Positions 21,801 through 33,292 of a DNA stretch of 36,736 nucleotides are shown here, one piece after another. The notes beneath the pieces are model-generated. The model was not told the DNA's origin, ran no database searches, and was given only the letters and a program-made list of their open reading frames with translations. This stretch comes from Lytechinus pictus (lineage: Eukaryota). Within the stretch, counting starts at the first letter, position 1, and each line of letters opens with the position of its first letter. The position numbers and the translations under genes were made by a program. Where the stretch lies: the NCBI RefSeq assembly GCF_037042905.1, contig NC_087262.1, positions 21,665,265 through 21,702,000 of the forward strand, read 5' to 3'.

Positions 21801-24800
21801 ATCGGCTTCCAAGTGCCCCAACCTCCGCTACAATCAGTAGGAAGAAGAAATGATTAAAAAATAATTAGCAAACATGCTAAGATTCAAGAATTGGGCAAAT
21901 CAGTAGGAAGAAATAATTAACACTTAAGTGCCTATATAGGCAGCCCAGCTAAAGCTGGGGTAATAATAACATTATCAATATCATGTAAAGCAGGGCCCGC
22001 GGGTAAAACATTTTTTGGAACTCAAGAAGTAACCCTGGGTAAATATGATGTCATTATTAGCATTATTATTAGTAATCTCCCTTATGAGAGGTTTTTACCA
22101 ATGTCAAGGTGCGGCAATTCTATGGTAAGTGCTACTAAAGTGAATGGTATTCATAATTCTGTAATCATACTTTCTTTGATCAACTAAATAGTACTGAGTG
22201 TCTCACTTATATTTTCTCACAAAAAGTAGCAATGCATACAGAGCATACCTTAGACAACTACTTATGTTTTGAATTTGTATTGGAATTCACTCTGTAAAAC
22301 AGCCCACAGTGCTCTGTAACAGAAGACATCAACTGTTCATTAAAGTGTAACAGTAAGTCTATGGCTAACCATTTACAAAAATATATTAAAAAAACCCCTT
22401 ATCATTATGAATATTAAGCTAGGTATCTGTTTGTTGGGCTAATTGCTAAACTCCATGAAAATACTCAAGTCACATAGTAAACTGACTGTGAGAAGCGAGT
22501 CCTTCAGCAAATGACTGACATAATTTGCCTGAAAATACAAATGTCAACAACAGACAAATTCAAAAGAGGTACATGGACAAATACTGGCAAAACAAGCACT
22601 TCCATAACTCACTATGCAAAACTCATGAAGCAGTTATTTTCAGTAAGAATTACCTTAGTTATAACCTTACAAACCAGGAATTACAGGTTTGCACCTCCAT
22701 CAAGGGCTAATAACAAAATCTTCAAAGGTTCACAAGGAATGACATCATATCAGCAGATACTCCAATAGCCTATCGGCTCCAAGAATACTGACAATCCCAT
22801 AGTAAAAAGTTCAGAAAAGGTAAAACTAAAAAAGTCCATATAATTGGTGATTCGAGAACTCTTTACACTGAAACCTATCACCTCTCAAAATGAAATTGCA
22901 TTGCGATACGATCCATCTCCGGTACCGACATTGAAGATGTATCTTACATAGCAACAAGACTAACAAATGAATGTGAAGTGGAGGACGTTATTTCAAATCA
23001 GAACAAACAACACAAATTTATGCAAAATATGAACATATGCTATTCCTCTTAAATATTTTATTGATTCACTCAAAATTTTACTTCTCACAAAGAAATGTAA
23101 TAGCGCCCCATTTAATTTCATTTCTTTGATTAGTAGCTTTTAAGAGTGCATAGCATATAAGGATTGTAGTTTATATTTTCCCTTGAGATAGATCTAACAT
23201 TTACAGGATTGAAATGGAAAACGGTCTCTGTCCCGATTGTTTTTATCCTGTGTGGTCTGAAATGCTAGATCACCGGTGGTTTGGGGGCTCTGCGTGCACG
23301 CGTCCCTAGAATGAGGGAGTCACTTACGCACGGCTGTGCGCAAGTACGGAGTCTCGCTCGCGCTTCCTCTCGCCGGCCGCCATCACTTTGGAAGTCGGAT
23401 CTACAACGAGGACTTGTTTCTACCAGAATACATCTCATTCACAAAGTACCAGTGCTAATGATTGTTTCATCATTATACTTCACACCAATATCTTCACTAA
23501 CATACTTCACATAGTTCTACATCTACATTTGGCTGCTTTTTGCTGTATTCTTTTTGGCTGGCCAGTCAGCAACGGTAACTTAGCTTCACCGAGCTAGGTG
23601 AGTATTATTTCTCCCACCCCGTCCCGTTCCCCTCCATGGAATTTATCCCTTTGAATTTCACACCTGTATGAATGTATTTGAATATATAAATCTTGTACTA
23701 GATGATGACAATGTCATACCCCCTGATCTGATACTTACTTTTTGACATTGGCGATGCCTTCAGAGAGTCTCCTTGATGTTGTTAATAGAAGACCTACAGT
23801 AAGCTCAGCTGTAGCATCAGTTAGAATACCTGGCGTGTAACCTATACGGATCCCTCTGAAAGATTATCAGAAAATGCAATTTTAAAACACACGTTAATAT
23901 CCAAGAGACTTTATATGAAATATAATCCCAGTCAAATAATTTTTTTCACCAGACATGTTCCCCAACTTAAAAGCTAATAGTTGCAGAGAAAAGGGGATTG
24001 CAATACTTGCAAGTTAATGTAAATATTGCAACCAACTCTAAAACCTAAATGAGATCTATATAAACAGAGAAAGAAATACAGGAAGAGAATTAGAGAAGTA
24101 TAGGAAAAGAAGTAGAAGACAGAGATATAGAAAGAGAAAGTAAAAGGATGAGTAAGAGAAGAGAAAATAAAGAGAACAAAAATGAGAGAGCAGGAGAACA
24201 AAGGAGAAATGAAGAAAACAAGAAAAGCAACAACGTTCTCCCTCCAAAAAATATCAATTCAAATGAATCAATAAAAGAATAAATAAATAGAATCAAATAA
24301 ATTTAATTCATAAATAAATGAGAACAAAATATCAAAATAAATCATATTACAAATAAAAAGATCATTTCAAAAATTGCAATCAAAGTATAAATACAGTAGC
24401 ACTTTCCTACCAAAATCTCATGCATTGCTAGTTTTGTAACCTGGTATCACTCATAAATTATATTACAAAGTAACAGATCTATTGTTTCACCCACCTCTTC
24501 CTGCATTCATCAACGTTGATGTGATCATAACCTACAGACAAGGTGCTGATGACTTTCAAGCTCGGCCCTGCAGCATCCATCACCTCGGCAGTGATACGAT
24601 CTGATAGAAGACAATAGAGACCGCTGATGCCTGGTACATTCTGGAGCAGTACATCCTGAGGGACAGCATCGTCAGAGTCCCAAATTGATACCTCACATCT
24701 GTAAAGATAGAAACGGGACAGGTATTAAGACCACAATCAAGTAGAGAAACGGTATAAAGAAGTTAACAAGAGTGGATTAAAAAAGGAAACATAAATGTCG

Positions 24801-27474
24801 TCTTTGCCTAACCAAACATGGTTTGACAATGATTGTCTCTTTTCTTCTAAGGTCTTTGGGCCAACACTGCACTCGGCCCAACCATTGCAAAATAATTTTC
24901 CTTGACAAAAGCGAAGATCTAGATTTATTTATTTATTCATGCATGTTCACAATGTACAATGTAAAAGAATACACAGATAATATATAAATATATGAAACAC
25001 AAGTAAATAATTAACATACAAAGGTGTTGCAACATAAGCTAAAAGCTTGATTGGTTGAAGCACCTTTAAACTGGTTTTGCATCCAAGAAAACAAAATAAA
25101 AATGTAAGAATAAGGGAGAGGAAAGAAAGAGAAGAATGTAAAAGTGAAAGACTGCTGAGATATAACAATTAAGTTTCAAATTGTTATGAATATATGGTAT
25201 AGTAATTCAACAGAGTTAAATTCTTAATCTTCAATTACGAAGAAAAGAAAGAGAGAAAACAAAACTACTTACATGTATACGTTACTAGCACTTTACAGAT
25301 ACTGTAATTTTGAAAGGAGATTGTGCTTTACAGCCAATTTAAAAGAATGTGAGGTTTTCAAGTTTCGAATATTATGTGGAAGGGAATTCCAAACGTCTGA
25401 ACCATGGTGTCTGATTGATTTATGAGCTAATGCGGTGCGGGGATTAACCAAATGTATGTTCGATGACTGTCGCGTGCTATATGAATGGACAGTGCTGTTA
25501 GGCTGAAACATTAAAGAAAATGAGTCAGGCAGCATATTGGCATTAAAACGAAACATAAATAAGGCAGTTTGCCTTCAAGCACTTCAGCTTTACAAATAAG
25601 GGATTTGTATGGTCTCTGTAACCAGACCCAGTACATATGCGAACTGCTTTCTTTTGCAGGAGAAATATATTGGTAGTTGACACTTTAGATGTAGCCCAAA
25701 GAACATTGCAATATGAAATATGTGGGAGTACAAGAGTATTGTATATCATCAATAATATCCTATCATTAACAAATGTTTTTACCCTATATATAATACACCA
25801 ATATTTCTAGAAATTTTGGTAATATGAGTGACATGATCACTCCAGTCTAGATTCTGATTAACATACACACCTAGAAACTGTGTACACTGCCTTTGTTCTA
25901 TTTCAACTCCATCTACTTTAATGCTTATTTGTTTGTTACCAGTAGATTTCCTCCCCTGAAAATGAACAAAATTAGTTTTTCCTAAATTCAGGGATAACAG
26001 GTTACTCCTGAACCATAATGTCAGCTTCGGAAGTTCTGAATTCAGTTTGTGCTCTAGTACATTTAAATCACGATGTGAAATGAAAACATTAGTATCATCT
26101 GCAAAGCAATTGTAATGCAAAGCAGCTGAAACATCACAAATATCATTAATGTAAATGAGAAATAGAAGTGGGCCTAGAATAGACCCCTGTGGGACACATG
26201 TTAAAGAAGAAACATCCGAGTCAGTACCCTTGTAATGAGTATATTGTCTTCTAAGAGATAAATTACTTAAAAACCATTGTAGAATCGAGTGATCAAGTGT
26301 ATCAAAAGCTTTGCTGAAATCCATGAATACACCAACAACATGCTCGCGAGATGCTAAGGCAGTTGAAACACGATCATAAAACTTTAATAGTGCAAGGTCA
26401 GTGGAATTGGATCGTCTAAATCCATATTGTTCAGAATTCAAATACTTATGATCATCCAGAAATTTATAAAGCCTGTTATAGACAATTCTCTCTAAAAATT
26501 TGGATAAACTGGGTAGTATTGAGATTGGTCTATAATTAGATACGGTCGCTGTATTATCTTTTTTGTGAATTGGAACCACTTTGGCAAGTTTGAAACTAGG
26601 AGTAGAGGGAAATACTCCTGTTGACAAAGATAGGTAACAGATGTGTACCACCGGGGTTATAATTGAACCGATAATCTGCTTTAACAAGGGCGTGCTTAAT
26701 TCATCATAACCACAAGAGTTACTATTCTTAAGAGTACGCTCTATATTTATACTGCCATAACACTTCAGAAAATTTCATTTTTGGTTTAATAACAAAATAT
26801 TTGGTCTAGTGAGCATCGTAGCAATTTGCGAAGATAGGCCTAATTCATTTTCAATAATCATTGTGTCAAAATAATATTACTCATATTTTCATCTGCCAGA
26901 GGGAAAACATGGGAACATTTTAAATTTTTTTGGGGGGATCGATCATGTGCATCGATACAAATGCTTCCTAATCCGAGCTACATGTACATGTAGGTACATC
27001 AGACCTGATGGCGGTGTGATGTAAGACTGACAGCTGCCATATTCCAAGCAGCACTGCACTAACCACCAGTCGATCACCATGTTCACTGGGATTGAGTGGG
27101 AACACAATCATACGCTCCGCCGCGGCCGCGGTGGAGCTCCGAACTAAATTCGCACAGAACCACTGCTACACCACTACCAATACCACTTCCACGGCCACAG
27201 TACTGCCAGTGTGTTAATCAGTACACGTGCAAGGAAGCCTATCGTATGATTATACTCACTCTTTTGATAGTAAATCAAGGCCTTCTTGGGGGATTTTCCG
27301 AGTTACGTAGACTCGAGGTTTTCCTTCAGCATTCATATTGACTGTTTTTGCTATGGACCTTCTAAACACAGCGGAATCGACTCCTGAAAACCGGCAACTT
27401 CTCGCACCCCAACAATGCCTGTAAATTCCCCGCACAACGGCTGTAGTTCGTACTCGTACAGCTGCAAATTGCAT
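18772..27474 (-). CDS. GRHPR: Glyoxylate reductase/hydroxypyruvate reductase, 7 coding exons, 1116 nt, 371 aa (325 aa from the second ATG at 27336)
   Basis: Exons 27260-27474, 24495-24698, 23739-23855, 21637-21827, 19950-20085, 19400-19530 and 18772-18893 all have GT-AG introns and join in frame. The protein has [44 protein letters not shown] (Rossmann), NISRG (Arg), GLDVTTPEP (Glu) and PHIGSA (His), collinear with human GRHPR as recalled. Confidence 0.97.
19400..19530 (-). CDS. GRHPR: GRHPR exon 6 (131 nt)
   Basis: [43 protein letters not shown]; ttttcag / gtaagt. Confidence 0.96.
19950..20085 (-). CDS. GRHPR: GRHPR exon 5 (136 nt)
   Basis: [46 protein letters not shown]; cattag / gtgagt. 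Confidence 0.95.
21233..21618. mobile_element. Non-autonomous TIR element (386 bp) in GRHPR intron 4
   Basis: TIRs CAGACCTGCCAACC / GGTTGACAGCTCTG (12 of 14 match), both flanked by cactgc; AT-rich interior with aaa(t/c)gta motifs. Confidence 0.8.
21637..21827 (-). CDS. GRHPR: GRHPR exon 4 (191 nt)
   Basis: [63 protein letters not shown]; ttgtag / gtaggt. Confidence 0.95.
21991..22070 (+). mobile_element. Degenerate LINE/SINE 3' tail (L2/CR1-type)
   Basis: CAGGG..CCCTG stem followed by an (ATT)n-like tail; same layout as 28418-28490. Confidence 0.4.
23739..23855 (-). CDS. GRHPR: GRHPR exon 3 (117 nt)
   Basis: [38 protein letters not shown]; tttcag / gtaagt. Confidence 0.95.
24060..24360. 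repeat. Low-complexity GA/A-rich tract in GRHPR intron 2
   Basis: Strongly purine-rich on + (agagaaaagaaatacaggaagag..). Confidence 0.7.
24495..24698 (-). CDS. GRHPR: GRHPR exon 2 (204 nt)
   Basis: [67 protein letters not shown]; tttacag / gtgggt. Confidence 0.95.
24924..26750 (-). mobile_element. Decayed, 5'-truncated CR1-group LINE (Crack/L2-like) in GRHPR intron 1
   Basis: Three offset ORF pieces (25779-26687, 25543-25752, 25293-25556) carry [65 protein letters not shown] and VWNSLP. An internal deletion follows DHSIL. The 3' UTR ends in (AATA)n at 24924-24937. Confidence 0.92.
27260..27474 (-). CDS. GRHPR: GRHPR exon 1 (two in-frame ATGs, 27474 and 27336)
   Basis: [38 protein letters not shown]; GA|gtgagt donor. 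Confidence 0.9.
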
Positions 27475-27499
27475 GGTGTACTGACAGTACAGGGAATGA

Positions 27500-27565
27500 A
27501 TTTTGCGCGGCGCCGCGAGCTAGCTGGAATACTAGTAAGTGGTGGACCTTTTTACCACGTGACTA
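27500..27565 (-). promoter_or_regulatory. Probable GRHPR proximal promoter or 5' UTR with E-box
   Basis: CpG-rich cgcggcgccgcg palindrome and GTCACGTG E-box (CACGTG at 27556-27561) within about 90 nt upstream of the first ATG. Confidence 0.5.
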
Positions 27566-27828
27566 AAAGATACACCTGTCACTTTTTTTTTAATAGTGTG
27601 CGCCATCAAAAAGACACAAATGCAAATAAGAGTTCATAAATTTACTTCGAGTCCGGGATTTGTGTTTGCTTTATATTGTCTTACATTTCCAAGTCTTGCC
27701 TGTTTTATTCACTCGTCTTCCTCTTCTTATTTTTCCTAGTGTTTTCCTCATAATCATATATCTTTCCCAATCTTTTTCTTTTGTTTCTTTCTTTTACCCC
27801 CTTTTGCTTTCTTTTTTTGCTCCGCCAA

Positions 27829-27878
27829 TGGGGGGGGGGGGGGGGGTCGAGTCATCAGCCCCCTGGATCCGCTTATGC
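27829..27878. mobile_element. Orphan MITE end related to the element at 16080-16276
   Basis: G-run followed by gccccctggatccgcttatg, resembling the TIR cctggatccgcccctg. Confidence 0.45.
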
Positions 27879-28417
27879 ATTATAAAAAGCTACTTATAGG
27901 CCTATGCTAACTTATGATTCAAGTCATGACAATAATACCAATACCAATATGGTAAAAGTTTCTGAACAGCTATCACTAACAAGCGTGAGCTTATATATAT
28001 TATAGTCCTATATGACAGGAAAACAGGAAATGAGGACACTTGTAATCACAAAGGAAACAAAATTGATCGATCTGAAAATGCATAGGAGTAGCTATGCTAC
28101 ATCTTATTTTTTTTCATAATTTTGACCTGAAAAAAAATTACCCCCAAATTATAGGACACATATTCTTTAAATTGGGGAATTGGCCCCTCCAACTTCCAAA
28201 CACAGGAACAGAATGTAAAAAAAATCAGATTGTTTATTGGACTCCGTTGTACATCCAGGTTTAAATTTAAACACTAAAACAGATTGATGGGGTCCCGTCT
28301 ACTTTTTATTTCATATACCATTTTATCCTCTCTCGATTGTTTTTTAGTAGTTTATTATGTTACCTTGGTTCTGTATTTTCATGTTGTCGTTAAATGATGT
28401 TTGTATTACTGCAGAGC

Positions 28418-28490
28418 CAGGGCGCCGTTGTAAAGCAGTTTTCACAACTGAATAGGAAAACCCTGCCGTATGAAATAAATAAAACAAAAT
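28418..28490 (+). mobile_element. LINE/SINE 3' tail remnant (L2/CR1-type)
   Basis: Nested stems CAGGG/CCCTG and CAGTT/AACTG followed by aaataaataaaac. Confidence 0.5.
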
Positions 28491-28537
28491 GAATAAGCAA
28501 GGTATCAAAAGCACTTTTTTGTAAATGGGCCTCTAAC

Positions 28538-28608
28538 ATAATAATAATGATTAACATAATTTTGTATAGCACAGGCACTTATCACGAAACATGTCTCTAA
28601 GTGCTTGG
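28538..28608 (-). mobile_element. L2-type 3' tail remnant
   Basis: Minus strand aagcacttagagac..gataagtgcctgtgctatacaaa..attattatt parallels the L2 tail at 6361-6433 (aagcgcatagagac..gatatgcgctatataag..tattatt). Confidence 0.6.
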
Positions 28609-28685
28609 GAACTGAACTGTTAGAAAGAGAGACGGAATTTCCGTCAGCAAAAAAAGTAGTACATGTATAGTTTACAGTGTAAAGA

Positions 28686-30282
28686 CAGCGGCGTAACAGG
28701 GGTCGGTGGCCAGGGGGGGCAAGAGCCCAAAATTTCCCGGTCATATCATGGTATGAACAGGCGTAATGGTGTAATGAGGTGACTATTTTGAGAAGGCCAG
28801 ATATTGCGTATCGGGCAGAATTTATCTTTAAAAACAGTCGCGAGCGAGCGAAGCGAGCGAGCAAAAATTTTGACATTTTTAATACAAAAATCCGATTTTG
28901 TGATAGATTTTGACATGATATCCAGAAAGCAATATATTTCACTCTTCTCTCTTTAGATATTTGTTTTGTGGTCTGTACGATACGCCACTGTGAACAGGAT
29001 TCTTTGTGGCGTGAAGAGTAAAAAAAGAAGAAAAAAACAGGGGAGCAGTATAGCACATGTGCTAAAAATCTGCTTTATATAAGTCCCGAGCGAACGAAGC
29101 GAGCGAGAAAAAAAATCACCTTTTCATGAGAATCTAACTTTGAGCTATTTTTTGACATTATATTCAGTAAATAAAATCATATCCTACACTTTTCCTTTGC
29201 TTTTCTTTCCTCCTTTTTTAAAATTCTTGTTTGTAGAACTTTTTGGGGCCATGGCCCAACCCTTCCATACGCAGTGCTGTGCGGTTGGGGTCCGGGCGGA
29301 CCCCCCGAAACTTTTTGGCATCAAAGCCATTTAAACCTCGCAGATTGCCGCTATTTTAATCAAATCGCGGTCATATACAGAATATAGCTTTTCCACAACA
29401 CATTTATTCAACCCGGTTGCATAATGAACCAAATATTTTTAAAGGGCAAAACATAGCAATGTGGGAAAATTTGTATAAACAAGTCGCCAGCATGCAAAGC
29501 GAACTGGAAAAAAAATTGCCAATTAAAATTAAATTCTAATTATGTGATAGCTTTTTCCATGATATTCAGCAAATAACGCATTTCATTGTTTCCATTCATT
29601 TCATGATATACGTTGTCTCCTACAATTTCTTTTATTTTCTCTTGGGTGTGGAACCAAGACCCCCACCCCCCCCCCGCGCCTGTATGCCAGTGATTGATTG
29701 TGATTGAACGGGGGGCGTTATAGAGCCATTTGAAGGTTATAAATGAAGAGCCCCTACTGCGTGGGGTCTGGGGCAAAGCCCCGGTAGCTTATTTGCATAA
29801 AATTTAGCAAGCTTATAGCACAATGTTGTATGCAGTCCATCTTTTTTCCCGCTCTTTAATTTCAACCATCGGCAGCCCGGTCGTGTTGTTATTTTTTTTC
29901 CTTGTCCCTTTTCTTTTCCAAGTTAGTTTTTGACTAATTACTCTCCCTTCGTTTCCCGCTATTGGTTGCCATTTTGTCATCTTTTAATTCATTTCCCACC
30001 GTGCTATTGCATGACATAGGCCTATTTCGGAATGATTTGTTCTTTCTCAAATGTCAGTTCTTCTTTCGTACATTTTCCCGCTTTCCTTCCTTTTCCATTA
30101 AAAAAAAGGTTTTCTTCGTTTTCTTTTCCCTTTCCCTTTTCTTTCCCCTTTCCTTCCCCTTTCCCTTTCTTTCTCCCTCCTTTTTTTCTTTTTTTCTTTT
30201 TCCCGTTTTTCTTTTATTTTCCCGGTGAAATCCGCCAGGGGGGGCAACTTGCCCCCCTGCCCCCCCGCCTGTTACGCCACTG
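28686..30282 (+). mobile_element. Composite non-autonomous hAT-type element, copy 1 (1597 bp)
   Basis: TIRs CAGCGGCGTAACAGG / CCTGTTACGCCACTG; left flank tgtaaaga recurs 5 nt beyond the right end; collinear with 31602-33292. Confidence 0.9.
28762..28990 (-). mobile_element. MITE nested in the composite element, same family as 34034-34289
   Basis: Flanked by 8-bp TGAACAGG at 28754-28761 and 28991-28998; right end tacgccactg; interior matches 34034-34289 in reverse complement. Confidence 0.75.
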
Positions 30283-31399
30283 GACTGTGTAAAGACTGCA
30301 GACATTATAAGCTAAACAAAGTAATGAAAGCGAGAGCTAAATCTCGTTTTTATGTCGATTTGAAAACGAGATATTTCGAGTGTCATAATCATGAATCATG
30401 TGAAGATAAAAGGTTGTCCTTAGGGTTTGTCTCTGCATACTACGGTTTGAACCACGCCCTACCGCTCAGGCCACTCTGCAGCAATACAAAATGAGATATC
30501 AGTATTCTTTTGAAAAAAAATCTTTGTATTGTCACCCTGTACGTGTTAATTGTGCAAAATATAGGCCCTATCTAATGTATAACTTTCATAAAATTGCTAA
30601 AATGGTAGATGAAGATACATTTTTAATTTTTAAAAATTGTCATATATTGTCAGTGATTTCATATATAAGCTACAGCGTAAAGACCAGTTCGTAGTTACTT
30701 TCATGGACAATTTTTGTTAAATGACCTTTCATTTCTTTCATTGTGATAGGCAGTTTTCAAAGCAAGATATTAAGTAAGCATACCTAGCAGGATTAAGAAA
30801 TTGAATAGACCAGGTGACTAGAATAGCACACCAATGAGCACTCTATAAGGTATTTTTTTGCATTTCTACTTTGAATGCTTGCTGTACAATCTTGGCAAAC
30901 TGAGAAATAATACCAGTCGTTCGTGGACGCATCGTTGTTATTTGTGGATGTAAATTAAAACAACAATTCAGAAGAATATACGAATAATCAAAAGACATCA
31001 AAGTTGGTGCTTATCTCATTAAATTTTAAACCACATGTCATTTTAGTACCAATGCCCTTCCTCTGATCATGCGCAGAGTGGAACTATATAAGAACTGGCT
31101 TCAGTTTTGGCTGGGCCGGAGCAGTGAAAAACCCCGTGAAAACCATTGACAAAATTTTCCATGAAACCTTCAACGGGCTCCTTGAACGTTGAACAACATT
31201 AAGCACTTTACTGAATGCCAATATTTTGATTATGTCAAACGCGGCTAGCTTCGATGACAGCTAAAGGATAAGCCTATATCCTTAAAGGAAAATTTCGTAA
31301 GTTTTGACAAGGAAATTTTGATAGCGACCAGGGGGTAAACGTGGAGTAGGCAGAGCCCCTAAAGGGAACAAGGTTTTTGAAGAGGGTGCCGGTTTTTGG

Positions 31400-31512
31400 G
31401 GGGAAAAAAGAAAAAAGGAGAGGAAAGGAAAGGAAAGGAGAGGAAAGGAAAGGAACGGAGAGGAAAGGAGAGGAATTGAGGAAAGGAGAGGAAAGGAAAG
31501 GAAAAGAAAAGG
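31400..31512 (+). repeat. (GGAAA/GGAGA)n purine microsatellite
   Basis: aggaaaggaaaggaaaggagaggaaagg.. read directly. Confidence 0.85.
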
Positions 31513-31601
31513 TTTTTGCTCAAAAATGAAGATGATTTTTGTCAAATTTCTACTTTTTAGCATACCAACCGGATTTCCAGGGCCGGGGTGATGCCTATGA
31601 T

Positions 31602-33292
31602 CAGCGGCGAAACAGGGGTCGGTGGCCAGGGGGGGGGGGGGGGGGGGCAAAGAGCCAAAAATTTCTCGGCCATGTTATCATGGTATAAACAGGCGTAATG
31701 GTGGAATGAGGTGACTATTTTGAGAGGGCCAGATATTGCGTATCGGGCAGAATTTATATTTTAAAAAAAAGTTGCGAGCGAAGCGAGTGAGCAACAATTT
31801 TGACCTTTTTGATACAAAAATCCAATTTTGTGATAGATTTTGACATGATATCCAGAAAATAATATATTTCACTCTTCTCTCTTTCCATTCCTTTTTTGTG
31901 GTCTGTGCACCACTGCATGTGAACAGGATTCTTTGTGGCAGTAGCGTGAAGAGTAAAAAAAAAAGAGGGGCGCAGTATGACACATATGCTAAAAAGCTGC
32001 TTAATACAAGTCCCGAGCGAGCGAAGCGAGCGAGAAAAAAAATCACCTTTTCATGATAAATTATATTCAGTAAATAAAATGATATCCTACACATTTCCTT
32101 TGCTTTTCTTTCCTCCTTTTTCCGTTTTTGTTTGTAGAACTTTTAGGGGCAAGTGGCCCAACCCTTCCATACTCATATACGGCAGTGCTGTGCGGTTGGG
32201 GTCCGGGGCGGAGCCCCCGGAACTTCTTGATATCAAAGCCATTTAAACCTCGCAGATTGCCGCTATTTTAATCAAATCGTGGGTATATACAGAATGTAGC
32301 TTTTACACAACACATTTATTCAACCCTGTTGCGTAATGAACCAAATGAATTTGAGGGGGCAAAACATAGCAATGTGGGAAAATTTACATCCACTGCATGT
32401 TGGTTCTACTCTTTCTATTTGTCATTATATTGATTTTTATTTATTGTTTTTATTGTTCATATAATATTGTATATTGTACCTTTTTAATGGATGTGAGTAA
32501 AGTGAATTGAATTGATTTTTTTAAAAGTCGCCAGCGTGCAAAGCGAGCTGGAAAAAAATTTGCCTATATTGAAATTGAATTCTAATTATGTGATAGATTT
32601 TTCCATTATATTCAGAAAATAGCACATGGCATTGTTTCCATTCATTTCATTATACGTTGTCTCCTATGATTTATTTTATTTCCTCTTGGGTGTGGCCAAC
32701 CAAGACCCCCCGCCTGTACGCCAGTGATTGAACGGGGGCGTTATAGAGCCATTTGATGGTTATAGATGAAGATCGAGCCCCTACTGCGTGGGGTTCGGGG
32801 CAAAGTCCCGGTAGCTTAATTGCATAAAATTTAGCAAGCTTATAGCACAATTTTGTATGCAGTCCATCTTTCTTCCCGCTCTTTATTTTCAATCCTCGGC
32901 AGCCCGGTCGTGGTATTATTTTTTTCTTGTCCCTTTTCTTTGTTTTCTTATTTAGCTTTTGACTACTTCCGTTCTACCTTCGTTTCCCGCTATTGTTTGC
33001 CATTTTGTCATCTTTTAATTCATTTCCCATCATGCTATTGCTTTACATAAGCCTATTTCGGAAGGATTTGTTCTTTGTCAAATGTTCTTCTTTCGTACCT
33101 TTTCCCGCTTTTTTCTCTTTCCATTAAAAAAATCTGCGTTTTCTTTTTATTGTCCCTTTCCTTTTCCCCTTTCCTCCTCCTTTCCCTTTCTTTCTCCCTC
33201 CTTTTTTTCTTTTTCCCGTTTTTTATTTTCCCGGTTAAATCCGCCAGGGGGGCAACTTCCCCCCCCCCCTGCCCCCGCCTGTTACGCCACTG
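31602..33292 (+). mobile_element. Composite non-autonomous hAT-type element, copy 2 (1691 bp)
   Basis: TIRs CAGCGGCGAAACAGG / CCTGTTACGCCACTG; perfect 8-bp TSD cctatgat at 31594-31601 and 33293-33300. Confidence 0.93.

Noticed and set aside
25293-26687. Functional RT gene or programmed frameshift across three ORFs
   Set aside because: Frameshifts plus an internal deletion in the RT core indicate ordinary decay.
28686-33292. The two direct repeats as LTRs of one retroelement or as a segmental duplication
   Set aside because: Each has its own TIRs and TSD; there are no TG..CA ends, PBS, PPT or internal coding region, and the flanks are unrelated.
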